A stretch of 64,000 nucleotides of DNA from Podarcis vaucheri (GCA_965113315.1 OZ220366.1), one strand, 5' to 3'; positions 40,047-53,640 are shown, counted from the stretch's first letter. Notes: generated by a model from the sequence alone, not told the origin. Numbers and translations are program-made.

Positions 40047-40629
40047 TATAAGTAATATAGAAATTAATAAATAAAATAAATAAATAAACATGATCTATCT
40101 TGTCAGCCTAACTTGTAACAGTTAAAAAGAAAAGAACAGGGTGGTATTTAAATCGTATTCAGAGTAGACGCCTTGAAATTAGTGACTTAAACTCATTGAG
40201 TCTACTCCAAGTCTGACTTAACTGTATACAGTCTATGATACGTACAAGTCTTCCCCCACCACAAAATAATCTCTATTTTTCTTTTTGCCCACACAAATTA
40301 GTTGGTTCAGCTAGACTTATCTGCAGCTTTCATGTTGGACTGCTGTGATAGGATAGGATTCAGAGGCAGCTTTACAGTGGTTCAGTCCCTTCTTGGATGG
40401 GATGGGACTTGAGGCACAGTTTTAATGGTGATTCTGAATCTTCTTGGACTGACAGGTTCAGAAAGTGTTGTTGGAGATTGTTATGTGATCCCTTAGCTAT
40501 TAGCCTTTGGTGCTGAAAGGCAGATTAGGAAATGGGGTTTCGTCTACCTTGGAGTGGGTTGCACTCCTCTTTGATACTTAGATTTGCAGTGTAAATCCTG
40601 GCTTTAGCCCTGAACTGGATGCCCTTATT

Positions 40630-41240
40630 TTTGCCATGGTAACAGATGCCTTAGTTACATCTTGTTTGGAATCTTGTAACATGCTCTACATGCGGCTGCC
40701 TTTGAAGAGTGGAAACATGAACTGCTTCAGAATGCTGCAACCGGACTTACAACAGTTTCACTGGCCCAGTCCATTTTCAAGCATAACTGAAAGTTCTAGC
40801 TGTGATCTACACTGCCCAACACAACTTGAGACCAGATTACCTGAAAGACTGTATTCTCCAATATGAGGCTGTCAAGATTTTAAGTTTCTCGGGAGAGGCC
40901 CTTCTGTTTATCTGCTTACATCTGAGGGACGTTTGGTGGGAAAGAGGTAGTCTTCTTGGTAACTGCTCTTAGCCTCTGGAATTCCTTGCCAAGTGAGACC
41001 TCTAATGATCTTCCATCAGCAGTCAATTACATTTTTATTTAAATAGGTCCATAAGCTGAAATGATATTTTTAACTTGTGGTTTTTATTGACTGTAATGAT
41101 GATCTTCCTGCCTTGGTATTATATATTTTTCTATTTTAATTTTATTTTATTTAGAAATATTTATTTATACATTTATAAATATATTTATTATAATATTTTC
41201 TTTTACTTTTGTTGTTAGCCAACCTTAGCACCATCTGGCT
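40630..41240 (+). mobile_element. Degenerate L2-like LINE 3' fragment
   Basis: ORF 40636 (ALVTSCLESCNMLYMRLP...) resembles L2 ALVxSRLDYCNxLxxGLP. Confidence 0.6.
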
Positions 41241-41476
41241 GAAGGTTAGACTACAGATGTTAACAAAGAAAAGAGTTTAAGTGTAATACTGGTGTTTGAG
41301 AAGCAGGCAATCCTTGGTTAAGGCTTGGTGAAATAATGGAGTTCTAGAACACAATGCAAAAACAGACACTATTTTAACAGGCTTCCCAAATGCCTAAGGA
41401 CTGTGAAACACAAATCACAGCACAGACATCACAAACAATAGTGTTTTCTGTGACTAGAACACAAGCAAGTGTATAC

Positions 41477-41673
41477 CTTTCCTCTCTTTTTCAGCTGTTT
41501 TCTTTCTTCCACTGTTGTGAGATAATTTACAGCTGCATATTCAATGACAGACAGGAAGACAAAGAGAAAGCTGATCCATAAGTATACATCCACGGCTTTG
41601 ATATAAGACACCTGAGGCATTGAGGCACTTACTCCTGTGATTATAGTTGACATTGTCAGCACAGTAGTTATAC
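41477..41673 (-). CDS. GABRR3: GABRR3 exon, TM2-TM3 (GITTVLTMSTIITGVSASMPQVSYIKAVDVYLW...KKRGK)
   Basis: cAG / GT, 197 nt, phase 1 to 0; anion-channel TTVLTM motif. Confidence 0.95.
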
Positions 41674-43215
41674 CTGCCAGGAGAGAGAGAAAAGATGAAG
41701 GGACAGCATCAATAAGGTCTTGCATTTTGCAAAAATATGCACAGTAATAACGTGTGTACAAATGGTTGGTGCCCCCTAACTTGCTTCCTCTATCAGCACA
41801 TGACATGTATAAATATCACATGACAAATAATTGAATTGAGTCCCCAGGATTTGTGGTGGTGGTACCAGATTTCAACCCACGTACAAGGCTCAGTGGCAAC
41901 ACAAGGTTAGTGAGGACAATGTCTTTCCCAAGCCTTTAATAATAATAAGTGCTCTTTTACAGAAAACATTAGAGTTGCACCTATCTTTCTCCTTGAAAGA
42001 TGTTTCCAAGCTCCATTTTTCTCAGAGGAGCAACATGCAGAGTCAAGGAAGCCTCATATTTCCAGCGTAGAAGGGCCAGGTTTTCAACCAAGCTGCAAAT
42101 CCCAGGCAAATATGATGTCAAGAGTATTCTGGCTTTCATTTTCTAATAAGTCCGCTTGTCACCTTTTAGAACAAAATATCCCTACTCTTTGAAGGAATCT
42201 TACTGCTACCTGATAAAACTCAACATGGATTTTCTTTACCACCTATTTAATATAATTGCTGTTAGTTTTCCACATTTATTCTTTCCTGTGTATCTCCTAA
42301 CTGTATTTGTTATGCTTTTGTTTTATAATAATAAAATATTAATTTTAAAGAAATTACTTTTCTACTTTAAAAGCATAGTTCTTTAATGGATATTTTAACA
42401 AACTCTGTATGTTTGGGGGTTTTTTTAACCTATGGCCCTCAAGGGTATCCCTTAAGTAAGAAGCAAGACACCACAAATTCAGTTTCTTGGAATACTGCTC
42501 TGTTAGTTAGAATGAGTAATGAGAAATCAACCATTCCCTTTTAAATCTCTAGCAATTAAATATGGCCTGATTCTAGGTAAAGATATGGTGAAACAATGGT
42601 TCTCAGAACAGGGTATTAATACCCATTAAAGAACATGCTTTTCAACATTAGCCACATTGATCCTTGAAGGGGCGGCAGGGGAGAAAGGGGTTAAGTAGCA
42701 TGGTTCCTATGTAGTGATGAATAATTTAAGTAGAAAACATATATTATTTGTTAGGTTCATAAAATGTATCCTTTTATATTAGATCTTTCTTATGAAATTC
42801 AGCAGTCCTTTTAATTTTTTTAATGTTCTAGGGAGATGTCCACCAAATGATATACCTGTGGGGGTTAACCCTTCCCCTGCATCATTTTTCTCAATGACAA
42901 TCCCTCTAAGCTTTTTGACCCACAAGGGAAGATGCTATATGAGCAGCTTCCCTTCCAGGGCAGATGGTAGCTCCAGGGTGATTACTTTTGTGGATAAATA
43001 GTACAGGAAGAGATGGTTAACCCCCCACTTCACAGTCCAGGTTCATGTCCCCCTCCCACCAGCTGCTTTTTAAAATAATTAATTATGTGCAAATATGACC
43101 ACACATTTAATGTATTGACTAGTTTGCCTCATAACGTAAGGTTTTGTAAGCATCTGAAACCATGTTGCCCAGATTAATTACCTGACTCTCAGTTAACCAC
43201 CCACAGTTTCAGATA

Positions 43216-43441
43216 CAGTGGTACTTCGGGTTAAGAACTTAATTCGTTCCGGAGGTCCATTCTTTACCTGAAACTGTTCTTAACCTGAGGTACCACTTTA
43301 GCTAATGGGGCCTCCCGCTGACACTTTACCGCCGCCGCACAATTCCTATTCTCATCCTGAAGCAAAGTTCTTAACTCGAGGTACTATTTCTGGGTTAGCG
43401 GAGTCTGTAACCTGAAGCATCTGTAACCCAAGGTACCACTG
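43216..43441. mobile_element. Tigger-like MITE
   Basis: TA-CAGTGGTACTTCGGGTTA ... TAACCCAAGGTACCACTG; homologous to 25722. Confidence 0.85.
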
Positions 43442-43479
43442 CAGTAGAAAGTTGTTCGCTTCCAGACATGTAGTCTTTA

Positions 43480-44010
43480 CCATACTTTTCTGTGTATTAG
43501 ACACGGGTTTTTTACTCCAGAACAGTGTTTAAAAACTGGGCACTTCTAATACAAAGGCAGTACATTAGGGGACCAGGTGATTGGTTGCAACCGCCAGCTG
43601 CAGCTTGTAAGTGGCGTTTTGGTGTGTGGTTTTTGACTGCGTCAAGGGCTGCCTTGGATTGGCTGCTCCTGCGTTAATTGGGCAGAAGTTTGGTTGCTGC
43701 ATCAAGGGCTGCCTTGGATTGGCTGCCGTTGCGGCAGTTGGGTGCTCAGTTTCCGGCTTGTGTTTGCGAACGGGCAGACGCTTGTTGGATTCTGTGACGC
43801 GAGCAATTCTGAGCTCTTGTCTTTGGGGTTAGTTATTTTCTGCATTTTCCCCCAAAAAACACTGCGCAATCCTTCCCAAAGCAATCCCCCCCACAAAAAA
43901 GCTTAACAACTCTGGTAATATAGCCATCTCCCCCCATTTTCTTAAATTATACTCCCCCAAAATAGGGGTCATCTTATACATGGGGGCATCTTATGGACGG
44001 AAAAGTACGG
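43480..44010. mobile_element. Older Tc2/pogo-like non-autonomous element
   Basis: TA-CCATACTTTTC ... GAAAAGTACGG-TA; internal direct repeat tcaagggctgccttggattggctgc. Confidence 0.65.
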
Positions 44011-44668
44011 TATACCAGATTTGGCCAATTGAGAGGCTTTCTGTTTCGGCTGCCATCAGGGCTGATGCTGCACGTTGCTCTTCCCTTCTGCCACCAAGGC
44101 TTCAGATTTAGAGCTCACACAGATTCAGCTCACCAACCATGAGGTTCCTGGTTACTGGGACTTGATAATATGTACTGAGATGCATGTGAGCACAAACATT
44201 GGTACATTGTACCACCTCACAGACATAGAAAATGCCTGTAACTTGTACATAGTAAAAAACATTTTCTACCACTCTGTCACTTATGACTAAGCTAATAAGT
44301 CTGGGTTTATTGCCCAGGTCAGCCATTTCTTTCACACAAAGCAAAAGTGAAATCTCCCTCCAGGACATATGATTTCACAAGAAATGCTGAGTTGAGTTAA
44401 TTAACTCTCCAGACAGTTCCCCGCCTACCTTTCCTCTCACACTGCTGCATCTCACAGCTCTTTCTGATTAATGAACAACTCTGGGTATAGCAAAACTAGG
44501 CAAAGCACACTTAAATTCCTTCTACCAGAAATGAAATAAGTGTTAGATAATGTAGGAAGAGTAAGATAATGATAATATATTTCTGTGAACTACCTATAAA
44601 GCCAACACAAGCCAATTGCTACAACGTGTCTTCCACCATACCCTAAATATATTCATATGAGAGCTTAC

Positions 44669-44821
44669 CAAGTGATACCCTTGCAGGAACAGCTCTTCGG
44701 TCGATCCAAAATGAGACCCATGACAGCATCACCATCAGCATAGATGGGAAATAGGATTGTAGTACAAAAAAGAAAATATGTCTCCTCAGGGCAAAGTTTA
44801 TGAAGAGTCTGTTGTACCAAC
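44669..44821 (-). CDS. GABRR3: GABRR3 exon, TM1 (GWYNRLFINFALRRHIFFFVLQSYFPSMLMVMLSWVSFWIDRRAVPARVSL)
   Basis: cAG / GTAAGC, 153 nt; PAR selectivity motif; Ser at 2' as in rho2/rho3. Confidence 0.95.
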
Positions 44822-47632
44822 CTGTTGAAATATGTAAATATATTCCTTAACATCCACATTCTGTTCTCCCTCCGCTGAACTGTGACTTATTAATATGCAT
44901 ACATTTACCATCTCCTTTACCTATTTAAATAGTGTTATAGGTGGGTCCTTTCGAAACCTGTGATCCTGTGTATGTGGGGTAGAATCTATAACCAGTTCCT
45001 TTGTTAAAGCAATGGCTTTGGAAGATCAAAAACACCTCTAATTGATGGGAATTTAAAAAATGCTATACAAGTACAGGCTAACAACAGAATTGCAGTTAAT
45101 CCACCAGGAATTTGACTAATCATGTCTTGCATGATTAGTACTACCATTATGAAAATGCTTCAGGGATATTTCATAATAATAAATTCTCAGGTTATATTTG
45201 TTCTTGTTTCTTCATTGGCTTCACTTTTTTGCTGTTAAACCAAGCATCCGACTACTGAATCAACAGCACCGCACAGGAGACAGTGCCATCTAGTGAATGA
45301 TCTGCATAATTCTGCAGGAACAGCACACATGCTGTTAAAGGAAGAAAAACATAGCTTCAAAAATAAAAGCCTGCTTTTATAATGAAAATCACATTGCATT
45401 ATATTGTAGTAGAAATTCTACTCTAATAATCCTACTTGGCAGAGCAATCTGAATCTGTATCTGCAGCCCCACTGCTCATGCTAGCTGGGGTGGAAGCAGA
45501 GGCAGGCAAAAGTCTGCTCCAGGTGCCACCAACCTGCAGCTGGCATAGCAATTATACCTGAATTAGGCTCTGTGCTGTCAAATGATTGCAGTGGAGCTGG
45601 CTCAGGATCAAACAGACCATAGGTTGGCTCAGTCCCTCCCTGTCCAACTTTCTATGGGCTACCAGCCACGGGAAGCCTGTTGCAGTACTTCCACTGACTG
45701 TGTTTTTGGTGAGTGGAACAGGGAGCTCCACGCCAGCAGAGTGATGCTTGATTCTGGACTGTTCTGGGCTGGGCAGAGAGAGCTCTCAAGTCCCAGCCAA
45801 ACCTTTGCCCAGTAGATCGGGAGTTTGGATTCTGCTCTAAAGGTATAAGTCTCCCACATATTTCCAACTTGGAAAAGTTAAGTGAGATTTTAAAATATGC
45901 AATCATATTGGCTAACTTTAATGGCAAATATAGTACAGTTCCGTACATGTCTGTTCAGAAGTACGCCCCATGGAGTTCAATAAGTAGGTATAGGATTGCA
46001 GCCTAAATCACTGTCTTTTCTACTTTTAATCATTCACATCACAAGCATCGTTACTTGATTTTCTATTTTGAACTTTTCGAGGGGGGGGGGAATTACACTA
46101 TCAGTATTAAGTCAAAGCTGTTCCTCTATTACTGCAGCCAATACAGCAAAAGTACTGTACAATTAAATTAGTTGTATCTAAAAGTTTGAGGAAATTGTTC
46201 TGTGTATAAAGTATTTTATATTGATCTACCACAATTTACTGGCGGGTAGTCAAGGATTTTTAAACTAAGTAGAAGTTGGATTGTGGTTCTTTGCTTTCTT
46301 AATCCCTATGAATTAATTGGCTGTGTGAACAATGAGCATGGGTATACACTGATCCTGAACTTGTGTAAAGGTTATAGACTACCAGGTTATAAAGCATGAC
46401 GTTCAGACATGCTTGTGCTCTAGCATATCTTCATATAGAAATTCAACACTAAAAAGTGTATGTTTTAGAGTCAAGCCAGATGTGACGCCATTCCTACAAT
46501 AAGTAATTGCATGAATTTATTTTAAAAAATAAATTGCAGATGCAGGGAGTTGATCTGGATCGCGAACCAGCTGTGAGGGGTAGAGAGCTTTAGCCCTCCA
46601 CTCCCTTAATGAGGACCTGGTCTGAATAGGGCCCTCTACACAATGATATTTGCATTGAGAATAAAGCTCTAGCCTTAGCCCTTCTTCAACCCAATAGAAA
46701 TGTTGGCTTTCTTCATCCTAAGTTTCGGAAAGTTGTTGCTTACAGAAGAGCGCATATAAAGAACAGGAATATCCCACCCTGCCTGAATATAAGAAAGTAT
46801 TATAAGAAATATACATAATATGTATATTATGATTACACCAGGTTAGCACGGGGAGAATTAAAAGCCTACCTATTCACTGCAGCATAAAAACAAAATTAGA
46901 ATGGCCTGGATACAAAGAAATATGCAATTGGTTCTGTATGCCCAAAAAAGATTTGGCCTACAATTCTACTCACATGTCCCTGGGAGCAAGCTCCACTGAA
47001 TATAGTTCTTTCTAAGCAAACATGCATAGGATTGTATTGTTAGACTTGTGTTTTTCTAACATAAGTGCCCTCTCTTCCAACTGCACTGCAAATCCCATTT
47101 GAAATGGGGTAATTCCACAATCAGTTTGCAATATGCAATGGGGTTCTGCTGTTCATTGACCTGAAGCATGAACGTAATAACACTTTCAATTCTAGCCTTT
47201 GTATATAAAGTTCCAAAATTTGTGAGGCAATTAATTTCAGACTAACATACTTCTTAATGCTCCTTTCCCCTATGTAATTTATTGTGATACAGAGGCATTA
47301 AAATTTCAATTATTTTCAGTTCCTTTTACAGTTCTCTTCTAATTTTCTATACATACCATGCACAGTGGGGGGTGGATGAAACAAAATCGAAATTCAGTAT
47401 GAATCGTGAAATGGCTCTAGGTCTCTTAGATATACCAAAAAAAAATGCATGTTTCACATAGAAAAATTAATAGGGAAATCAAAATATAGATACATGCACT
47501 GTGGATGTGGAAAAGAATCTTTTGAACTGGTTTCCTTCATAACAGCCATTCCACTGGCTGCTATTCTTTGCTAAGATCAAAAGGAATTTAGATAGAACAA
47601 GAAAATCTATTACTGTCTGTCAGGCGCTATAC

Positions 47633-47773
47633 CTGTACTGCTATAGAATGCTAGCCCACTAGAAGCACTGAATTCTTCAATAAAGAACTGGGAAAGGGAA
47701 ATGTGCTCATCTGTGCTAAGAGATTCATTGCCATGCTTCCAATACAGCATCAAGTCTTCTTCATTGTAGGCAT
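47633..47773 (-). CDS. GABRR3: GABRR3 exon (YAYNEEDLMLYWKHGNESLSTDEHISLSQFFIEEFSASSGLAFYSST)
   Basis: cAG / GT, 141 nt, phase 1/1; agonist-binding loops B and C. Confidence 0.95.
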
Positions 47774-48004
47774 CTGTGGGGAAAATAAATAAACTTAACA
47801 GACTATCACTTGCCTGTGACTCTTTTTCCTCTTGATTTACACCTTAACTCGCATTATATTACCTAGATAGCATTTGAAAACACCAGACTCTGAACAGGAA
47901 GACAGCTCGGCTGCTTGATTCTTTCCTTTCATATGAAGCCCATAACAGTGGGCAAGGTAAGTGAGGGGAGGGGATTATAACCAATTTGATTTTCAATCAT
48001 CTAC

Positions 48005-48205
48005 AGCATGGGTAGGCAAACAAAGGCCCGGGGGCCGGATGCGGCCCAATCGCCTTCTAAATCCGGCCCACAGATGGTTCGGGAATCAGCGTGTTTTTAC
48101 ATGAGTAGAATGTGTCTTTTTATTTAAAATGCATCTCTGGGTTATTTGTGGGGCCTGCCTGGTGTTTTTACATGAGTATAAAGCGTGCTTTTATTTAAAA
48201 TGCAT
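48005..48205. mobile_element. hAT (Charlie-like) MITE fragment
   Basis: cagcatgggtaggcaaac...ggcccgggggccggatgcggccc head; internal duplication of gtgtttttacatgagta...ttttatttaaaatgcatct. Confidence 0.6.
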
Positions 48206-48554
48206 CTTCTTCTTCTTCTATGCTACCACAGTCCTCATACAGACCACAGCCATTTACTACATAGCAAATAAGGTATACAAAATTATACCTAAGCGAAACC
48301 AGACATATGAAATGACAGAGGTTTCCAATATAGTTCCCTCTTTACTTATAGAGGGGGAGTGTTCTGTCTCCTTTTATAAATATTCATTGCTTTTTACTAA
48401 TCTAGTTGCCAAGAAGAGCATTTGAAGACCCCCCAAGTCCTTGAGATACCATATGCCTTTAAAATACAGTATAGGTAAGGTACTTCTAATAATTCTTATT
48501 TAAAAACATGTAGAACATGTAGAACATACAATACCATAGCTGAGCCAGACTTAC

Positions 48555-48637
48555 AGCTTTCCAGTTCTAGAGAGCAGTTCTGAGTGTCAAGTGGGAACCT
48601 ACTGAAGTCCATGAAGCACATGGCAGAAACTGTTATT
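48555..48637 (-). CDS. GABRR3: GABRR3 exon, Cys-loop (ITVSAMCFMDFSRFPLDTQNCSLELES)
   Basis: cAG / GTAAGT, 83 nt; C-x13-C loop. Confidence 0.96.
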
Positions 48638-50632
48638 CTGTCAGAAAAGCAATAAAGCAAAACAAAGGGATAGGCTTTACTGTTCATATCAACATTTTCA
48701 TTACGTATGAGAGCCTTAAGGTCAATGAACGAGGGATTCCAGTTGGGGGTCTTATGTTTTTATTTTTGGCTCAATATTTTGGCCTTATCATTTTAGTATC
48801 TAGAGAAGTAAAAATTATGAAAATTCATGGAGGAGCACAATTTCCCTATTTGTTGCAAGCCTTTTGGCAGCAACGGCTGATTCCCCTTCAACAAAAGGAG
48901 CTGGTGGGGTGGATCTGGCTCCAGGGATGCATGCTAGAGGAGCTTGTGTCCTCAGAACTCAAGTCCCCTGCCTCCCTTCATTATAATTTCCCTCCCACAC
49001 TGGCAGAGGGTTAACATCTGTGCCCTGGAACATCTGTGCTGCCAGGAACATTCTCTGGCAATATGAAGGGACCATACTTGTACAACTCTCAACACTTGGG
49101 GTTGAAGTGAGCAGTAGTTATCACTTCTCATTATACTTCTGTAGAGTTGGGGATCTATAGGATCCCAAACTGCAGCTGTGGTGGAATAATTCACTGAACT
49201 GGACCATATATCTGGTGCTTAATTTATATTATCCAATTTTCATACTAGACAGAATGGGTTTCCATTTGGTGCCGTCTTCAGGCTGGGCAGCCTTACAGAA
49301 TGAGCAGAGTGAAAAGCAGGAGAAAAGTATCTGGGACTACAGCCTGAAATTAAAATCCACTGAACAGACATGCAAGCCCTCACAAGAGCCAGGCAAGTTG
49401 TTCATGCAAATACCAAGCCTAACCAAGAAGCCTTTTTAAATCCTTCCCAGCATAAGGAAGCCAATGGCTTCCTTGGGTGTACAAAGCCTGGAGCCCAAGA
49501 GGACTTAATTACCAGGTAACCTTCTGGACCAATTACATTCAAACTTACATGCATTATATTGCTTTCTTATATCACATAGCATCATCATCATCCTGCTTAG
49601 CATTTATATAGTGCTTGGGAGTGTTCAAAACACATTATCTCAGTAACATTTACAATAAACCTGTACAGTAAATGAGTATTATTAACCCTAATCTGCAGGG
49701 TGGGAGGGTCTGAGGTGAGATTTGAACCACATGGCTTCCAGATGATATACTTAACAGACACTAATCAGCGTTCCCAAACTGGTGTGTTTGAGATGATTTG
49801 GATTACAACATATCTAACCATTGACCATGCTGGCTAGGATTGATAGGAGTTGTAGTCCAAAACACCTGGAGAGCAGCAGCTTGGATAATACTGCACAATA
49901 TGTCTTATGAAATAAAAATATAATAAAAATACATTGCAATAATGCAATAATAAATAATTACATAACCATTTAAAATAGCAGCAGAACATGGCAACTAATA
50001 ACTCAGCAGAGCAGAACGAGCAGTTTAACTCTCAATGGTTTAAAAGGGGGGGGGACCTGGGGGATTTTTTTTTTTTTAATTCCCTGCTGTTGAAATGACA
50101 TCAAAGTGAGCACCATGCAAGCTTTCCTGGTGTGGGTATTCCATAGACGGGGGGGACACCACTAAAAAAGCTCTTCCTGATTACCACCACTTTATCTCAG
50201 AGGGCAGAGGCAGCTGAAGAGCCTCTGTGACTGGATGGACTAAAGTGAGAGAAGACAGGAATAGCAGAAACAGTGCAACAAAACCTGAGCCAGGTTTCTG
50301 AACCTGTGGCCATGAAGCTGAAACTCAGCACACAGCTGATGACCAAACTATGCCATGGGCTCTAAGTGCCTTGTGAATAAACCTTAAATGCCTATAATTT
50401 CTGCAAGGATCACAATGAGCTACCACAGAGGTAGTCAACCCCATGTGCTCCAGATGCTGCTGGACTGCAGCTCCCATCAGTCCCATCAGCATGGCAAATG
50501 GGGAAGATTTGTAGAAGTTATAGTCTAGCAACATCTAGGGGGGCAACACACTGACTATCCCTGAGCTAGTGTATCTTCTCACCTTTATGTTTGTTTCTTG
50601 CGACTGGAAGATAAGTAGAGCATTGTGCTTAC

Positions 50633-50856
50633 CGTAAGCTAAAGAGCACATTTCCATCTGGGTAGACACGTAACATAACATTCTCCATAGTTGTGTCATG
50701 GATGAAAGATCTTTTGGAGTGGACAAAAAATATATCAGGTACCCAGATCTTTTTTATTAGTCTTCCATCAAAAGTCATGCTTCTGTTTCTGGTACTGGGA
50801 AATGACAGCCTCTCATCTTTCCAGTAATGTCTGAGGTATAAAGTCATGGTGAAGTC
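50633..50856 (-). CDS. GABRR3: GABRR3 exon (DFTMTLYLRHYWKDERL...IWVPDIFFVHSKRSFIHDTT...VLFSLR)
   Basis: AAG acceptor, GTAAGC donor, 224 nt; WxPD motif. Confidence 0.96.
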
Positions 50857-50954
50857 CTTTATATAAAGAAAATAAAGAGGAACATATAAACAATAAACCA
50901 CATTGTATGTAGTCTGCCATAACACTGCTTTCATGGGCTATTTCCCAAGATTCT

Positions 50955-51450
50955 AAAGGCAGGAACAAGGGAAGGAGGATGGGGAAGGAAGAAAAAGGAG
51001 GGGACTCATGTCTATAGTAAATGTCATGTGGGAGGAAGGTCTCTTGTGTGGGACAGCTTTAGTTCTCTGATGGTGAGGGGGGTGGGAAGAAAAGGAAAGA
51101 ATTGGGGCAGAGGCATGTGGAATTGAGTGGGAGGTAGCATTTGGAGGAATGATGGGGAATATGGGAGGCAGGGAGGAAGATAGATGTGTATGCATGTGTG
51201 CAACAGTTTTAGGGCTCTGGTGACAGTGGGCAAGAAAACTTGAGAGAAGGAGAAGTAATTGGACTGTGTGCAAAGGAGGATTGCACAAAAGAGGGGTTAA
51301 GGCAGAAAAGGGGGTGCAAAGTGGGGCTGCAGAACAGAAGAGAGAAAGAGCTTCAAAAATAAGGTTGGGAAGGTGAGGAGTTTTAGTAGTTGCATGGGAT
51401 GGGAAGAGGAAACTCCAGTGGGGTATCGCTTGGGGATGGATTGGCAATCA
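50955..51450. repeat. Purine-rich low-complexity tract
   Basis: About 500 nt strongly G/A-biased on + (pyrimidine-rich on the GABRR3 sense strand). Confidence 0.65.
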
Positions 51451-51588
51451 AAGTGAGCAAGGGTACATCAATATTTGAAGAGCAGAGTTTGCTTTCTAAA
51501 ATCTGTGTCTTTTGACACCTGATTTCTAGTCATTTTTGTCAAACTTCTGGATACTAGTACTGCTGTAGAGAAATAATGAAAAGCTTAC

Positions 51589-51656
51589 CATGTCAACTTC
51601 TGAAATGCTGTCAATACTCTCCACTTGCACATCAATGCCCACTGGTATTGGTGACC
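51589..51656 (-). CDS. GABRR3: GABRR3 exon (GSPIPVGIDVQVESIDSISEVDM)
   Basis: AAG acceptor, GTAAGC donor, 68 nt, phase 1 to 0. Confidence 0.94.
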
Positions 51657-53019
51657 CTTGAACATAACAAAGAGAATAAATGTGATGATCAGAGAGTTTA
51701 ACAGAACCTTCAAAAAGAAAGAAAAGCGAAGTACCAACCATGAAATGGAGGAATGTGGATTTATTTTTTTAAAAAACTGCTTTAAATAATTAAAAATAAG
51801 TATGCACCTTGTGAAACCCTCTTACAACAAGATTGTCATTAAAGACCAAACTAGAAGGTATGTGCAAACACATATATTTCTTTTGTTAACGAAAACCTGC
51901 TCAGAGTGTGGTGGTTCTAAAAGCCATTCAGAAAAGTTTAACCACTTAGTATAATAAGGTTTTGGCATTGCTTCAGATTTCTCCATTGTTTCAGAGTACA
52001 TATGGTTGTCTACAATCCACAAATCAGAACTCTCAAAACCTGAAAACAGGGGAGAGGGTCATAGATTTTTCTGCCGCAGGATGCAGAAAGAAGCACTTAA
52101 GAGTGTTGCTGGATCAGACCAAAGACCTGTCCAGTCCAGCCTTCTGTTCCCACTGTAGCAAACCAGATGTCTATGGGAAACCCCAAAGCAGAACATGAGT
52201 GCTATAGCCTGCTTCCACTTAGGCTCCCCAGCAATTGGTATTTAAAGTCATGTGGTCTCTGGTCCTCAAAATAGCAGCTATGGTGTCTAGCAGCCTTATT
52301 TGCCATAAATTTGTCCAGTCCTCTTTAACAGCCATTTAAGCTGGTGGCTATCACCACAACTTGTCGCTGTGAATTACAGAAGTTGTGTAATGAGCTGTGA
52401 CTGTGAAGAAACAGCATCATTTCATGGGTCCTGTCTCTCCTCCCATTCAGCTTCATTGCAGGACCTCAGATTCTAATGTTATTATGAGAAGTGAAAAACA
52501 AAACAAAAACCCTTCTCTTTCTTCACGCCATACATAATTTTATGAATTTCTTCATTTCCCCTCTTACTTGCCTTCTTTTCCTAACTAAAAAGTCCAAATG
52601 TTGTCACCTTCTAGGGGAATTGCTACAACCCTCTGAGCATTTTGGTTGTATTTTTTTAATGAAAACGCTAAACATAAAATTGTTTACTGCATCAGTTTCT
52701 GTCCTTGCAGGATATCTTTAAAAATCATCAAATGGCTGTGCGGGGTTCAGGATGCCACAATAGTTGTGTTTATGCAAGTACACCATCATTTCGCTTCTGC
52801 AGCTACTGCCAGCTAATGGGATCAAGATACCATGTTCCCCATGTCAAATTTTAGAATGTAAACTCCTCAGGGCAGGAACCTGCCCTCTTGCACTCCAGAA
52901 AGTGCCATGTGTGCTGATGGCACTCTATAAATAAACAGGCATTTCCTTGAACTTTGGCTTTTCATTTTTAAAAAATTCTAGGAAATCAAGCCTGAATAAA
53001 TGTGGAAAGACCAGGAAAG

Positions 53020-53640
53020 CCTTGCAATAGTAATTTATGTGTTGGTTACTTCAAGACTAGATTACTGCAATGCACTCTATGTGGGGCTTCCCTCATGCTT
53101 GATCCAGAAGCTGCTCTTAGTACGAAATGCTGCAGCATGAATGCTGACAGAAGTGAGGCCTTGTCAGCATATAACACCTGTGCACAGAGATCTACGCTGG
53201 TTGCCGCTTGGCTACTGGGACAAGTTCAATCTAGTACTATTAGTGTATAAAGCCCGTAACAACTTGGAACCAGTTTACCTATGAGATCGCTGTACCCCAC
53301 CTGTGTCCACTCGACTGCCTAGATCAGCAGAATTGGCACCACTACATGCGCCACATAATACCCATTCCACATTTGTAAGGACTTGATTGTTTGGTGTGGC
53401 AGCACCAGCACTTTGAAAGTTGCTGCCTATTGAGATTGAGGTGTAACCTTCACTGTATTATTTTCAGCACCTGCTAAAAACATTCTTGTTTAGACATGTC
53501 TACCCCGATGCTTAGAAAGTTGAGGTAATTTTAATCTGTTTTAGTATTTTAACTATTGTATGTTTGTATGGTTGTGAATTTTCATTGATTTTATTGTTTT
53601 ATCTTTTTGTAAACTGCATTGAGGTTTAATGTATAATGTT
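53020..53640 (+). mobile_element. Degenerate L2-like LINE 3' fragment
   Basis: acttcaagactagattactgcaatgcactctatgtggggcttccc = TSRLDYCNALYVGLP. Confidence 0.75.

Noticed and set aside
41674-41806. In-frame upstream extension of the GABRR3 TM2 exon
   Set aside because: Intronic sequence containing the polypyrimidine tract and CAG acceptor; no similarity to receptor sequence.
50953-51447. 164-aa Pro/His/Ser-rich ORF
   Set aside because: A consequence of pyrimidine-rich low-complexity intronic sequence.
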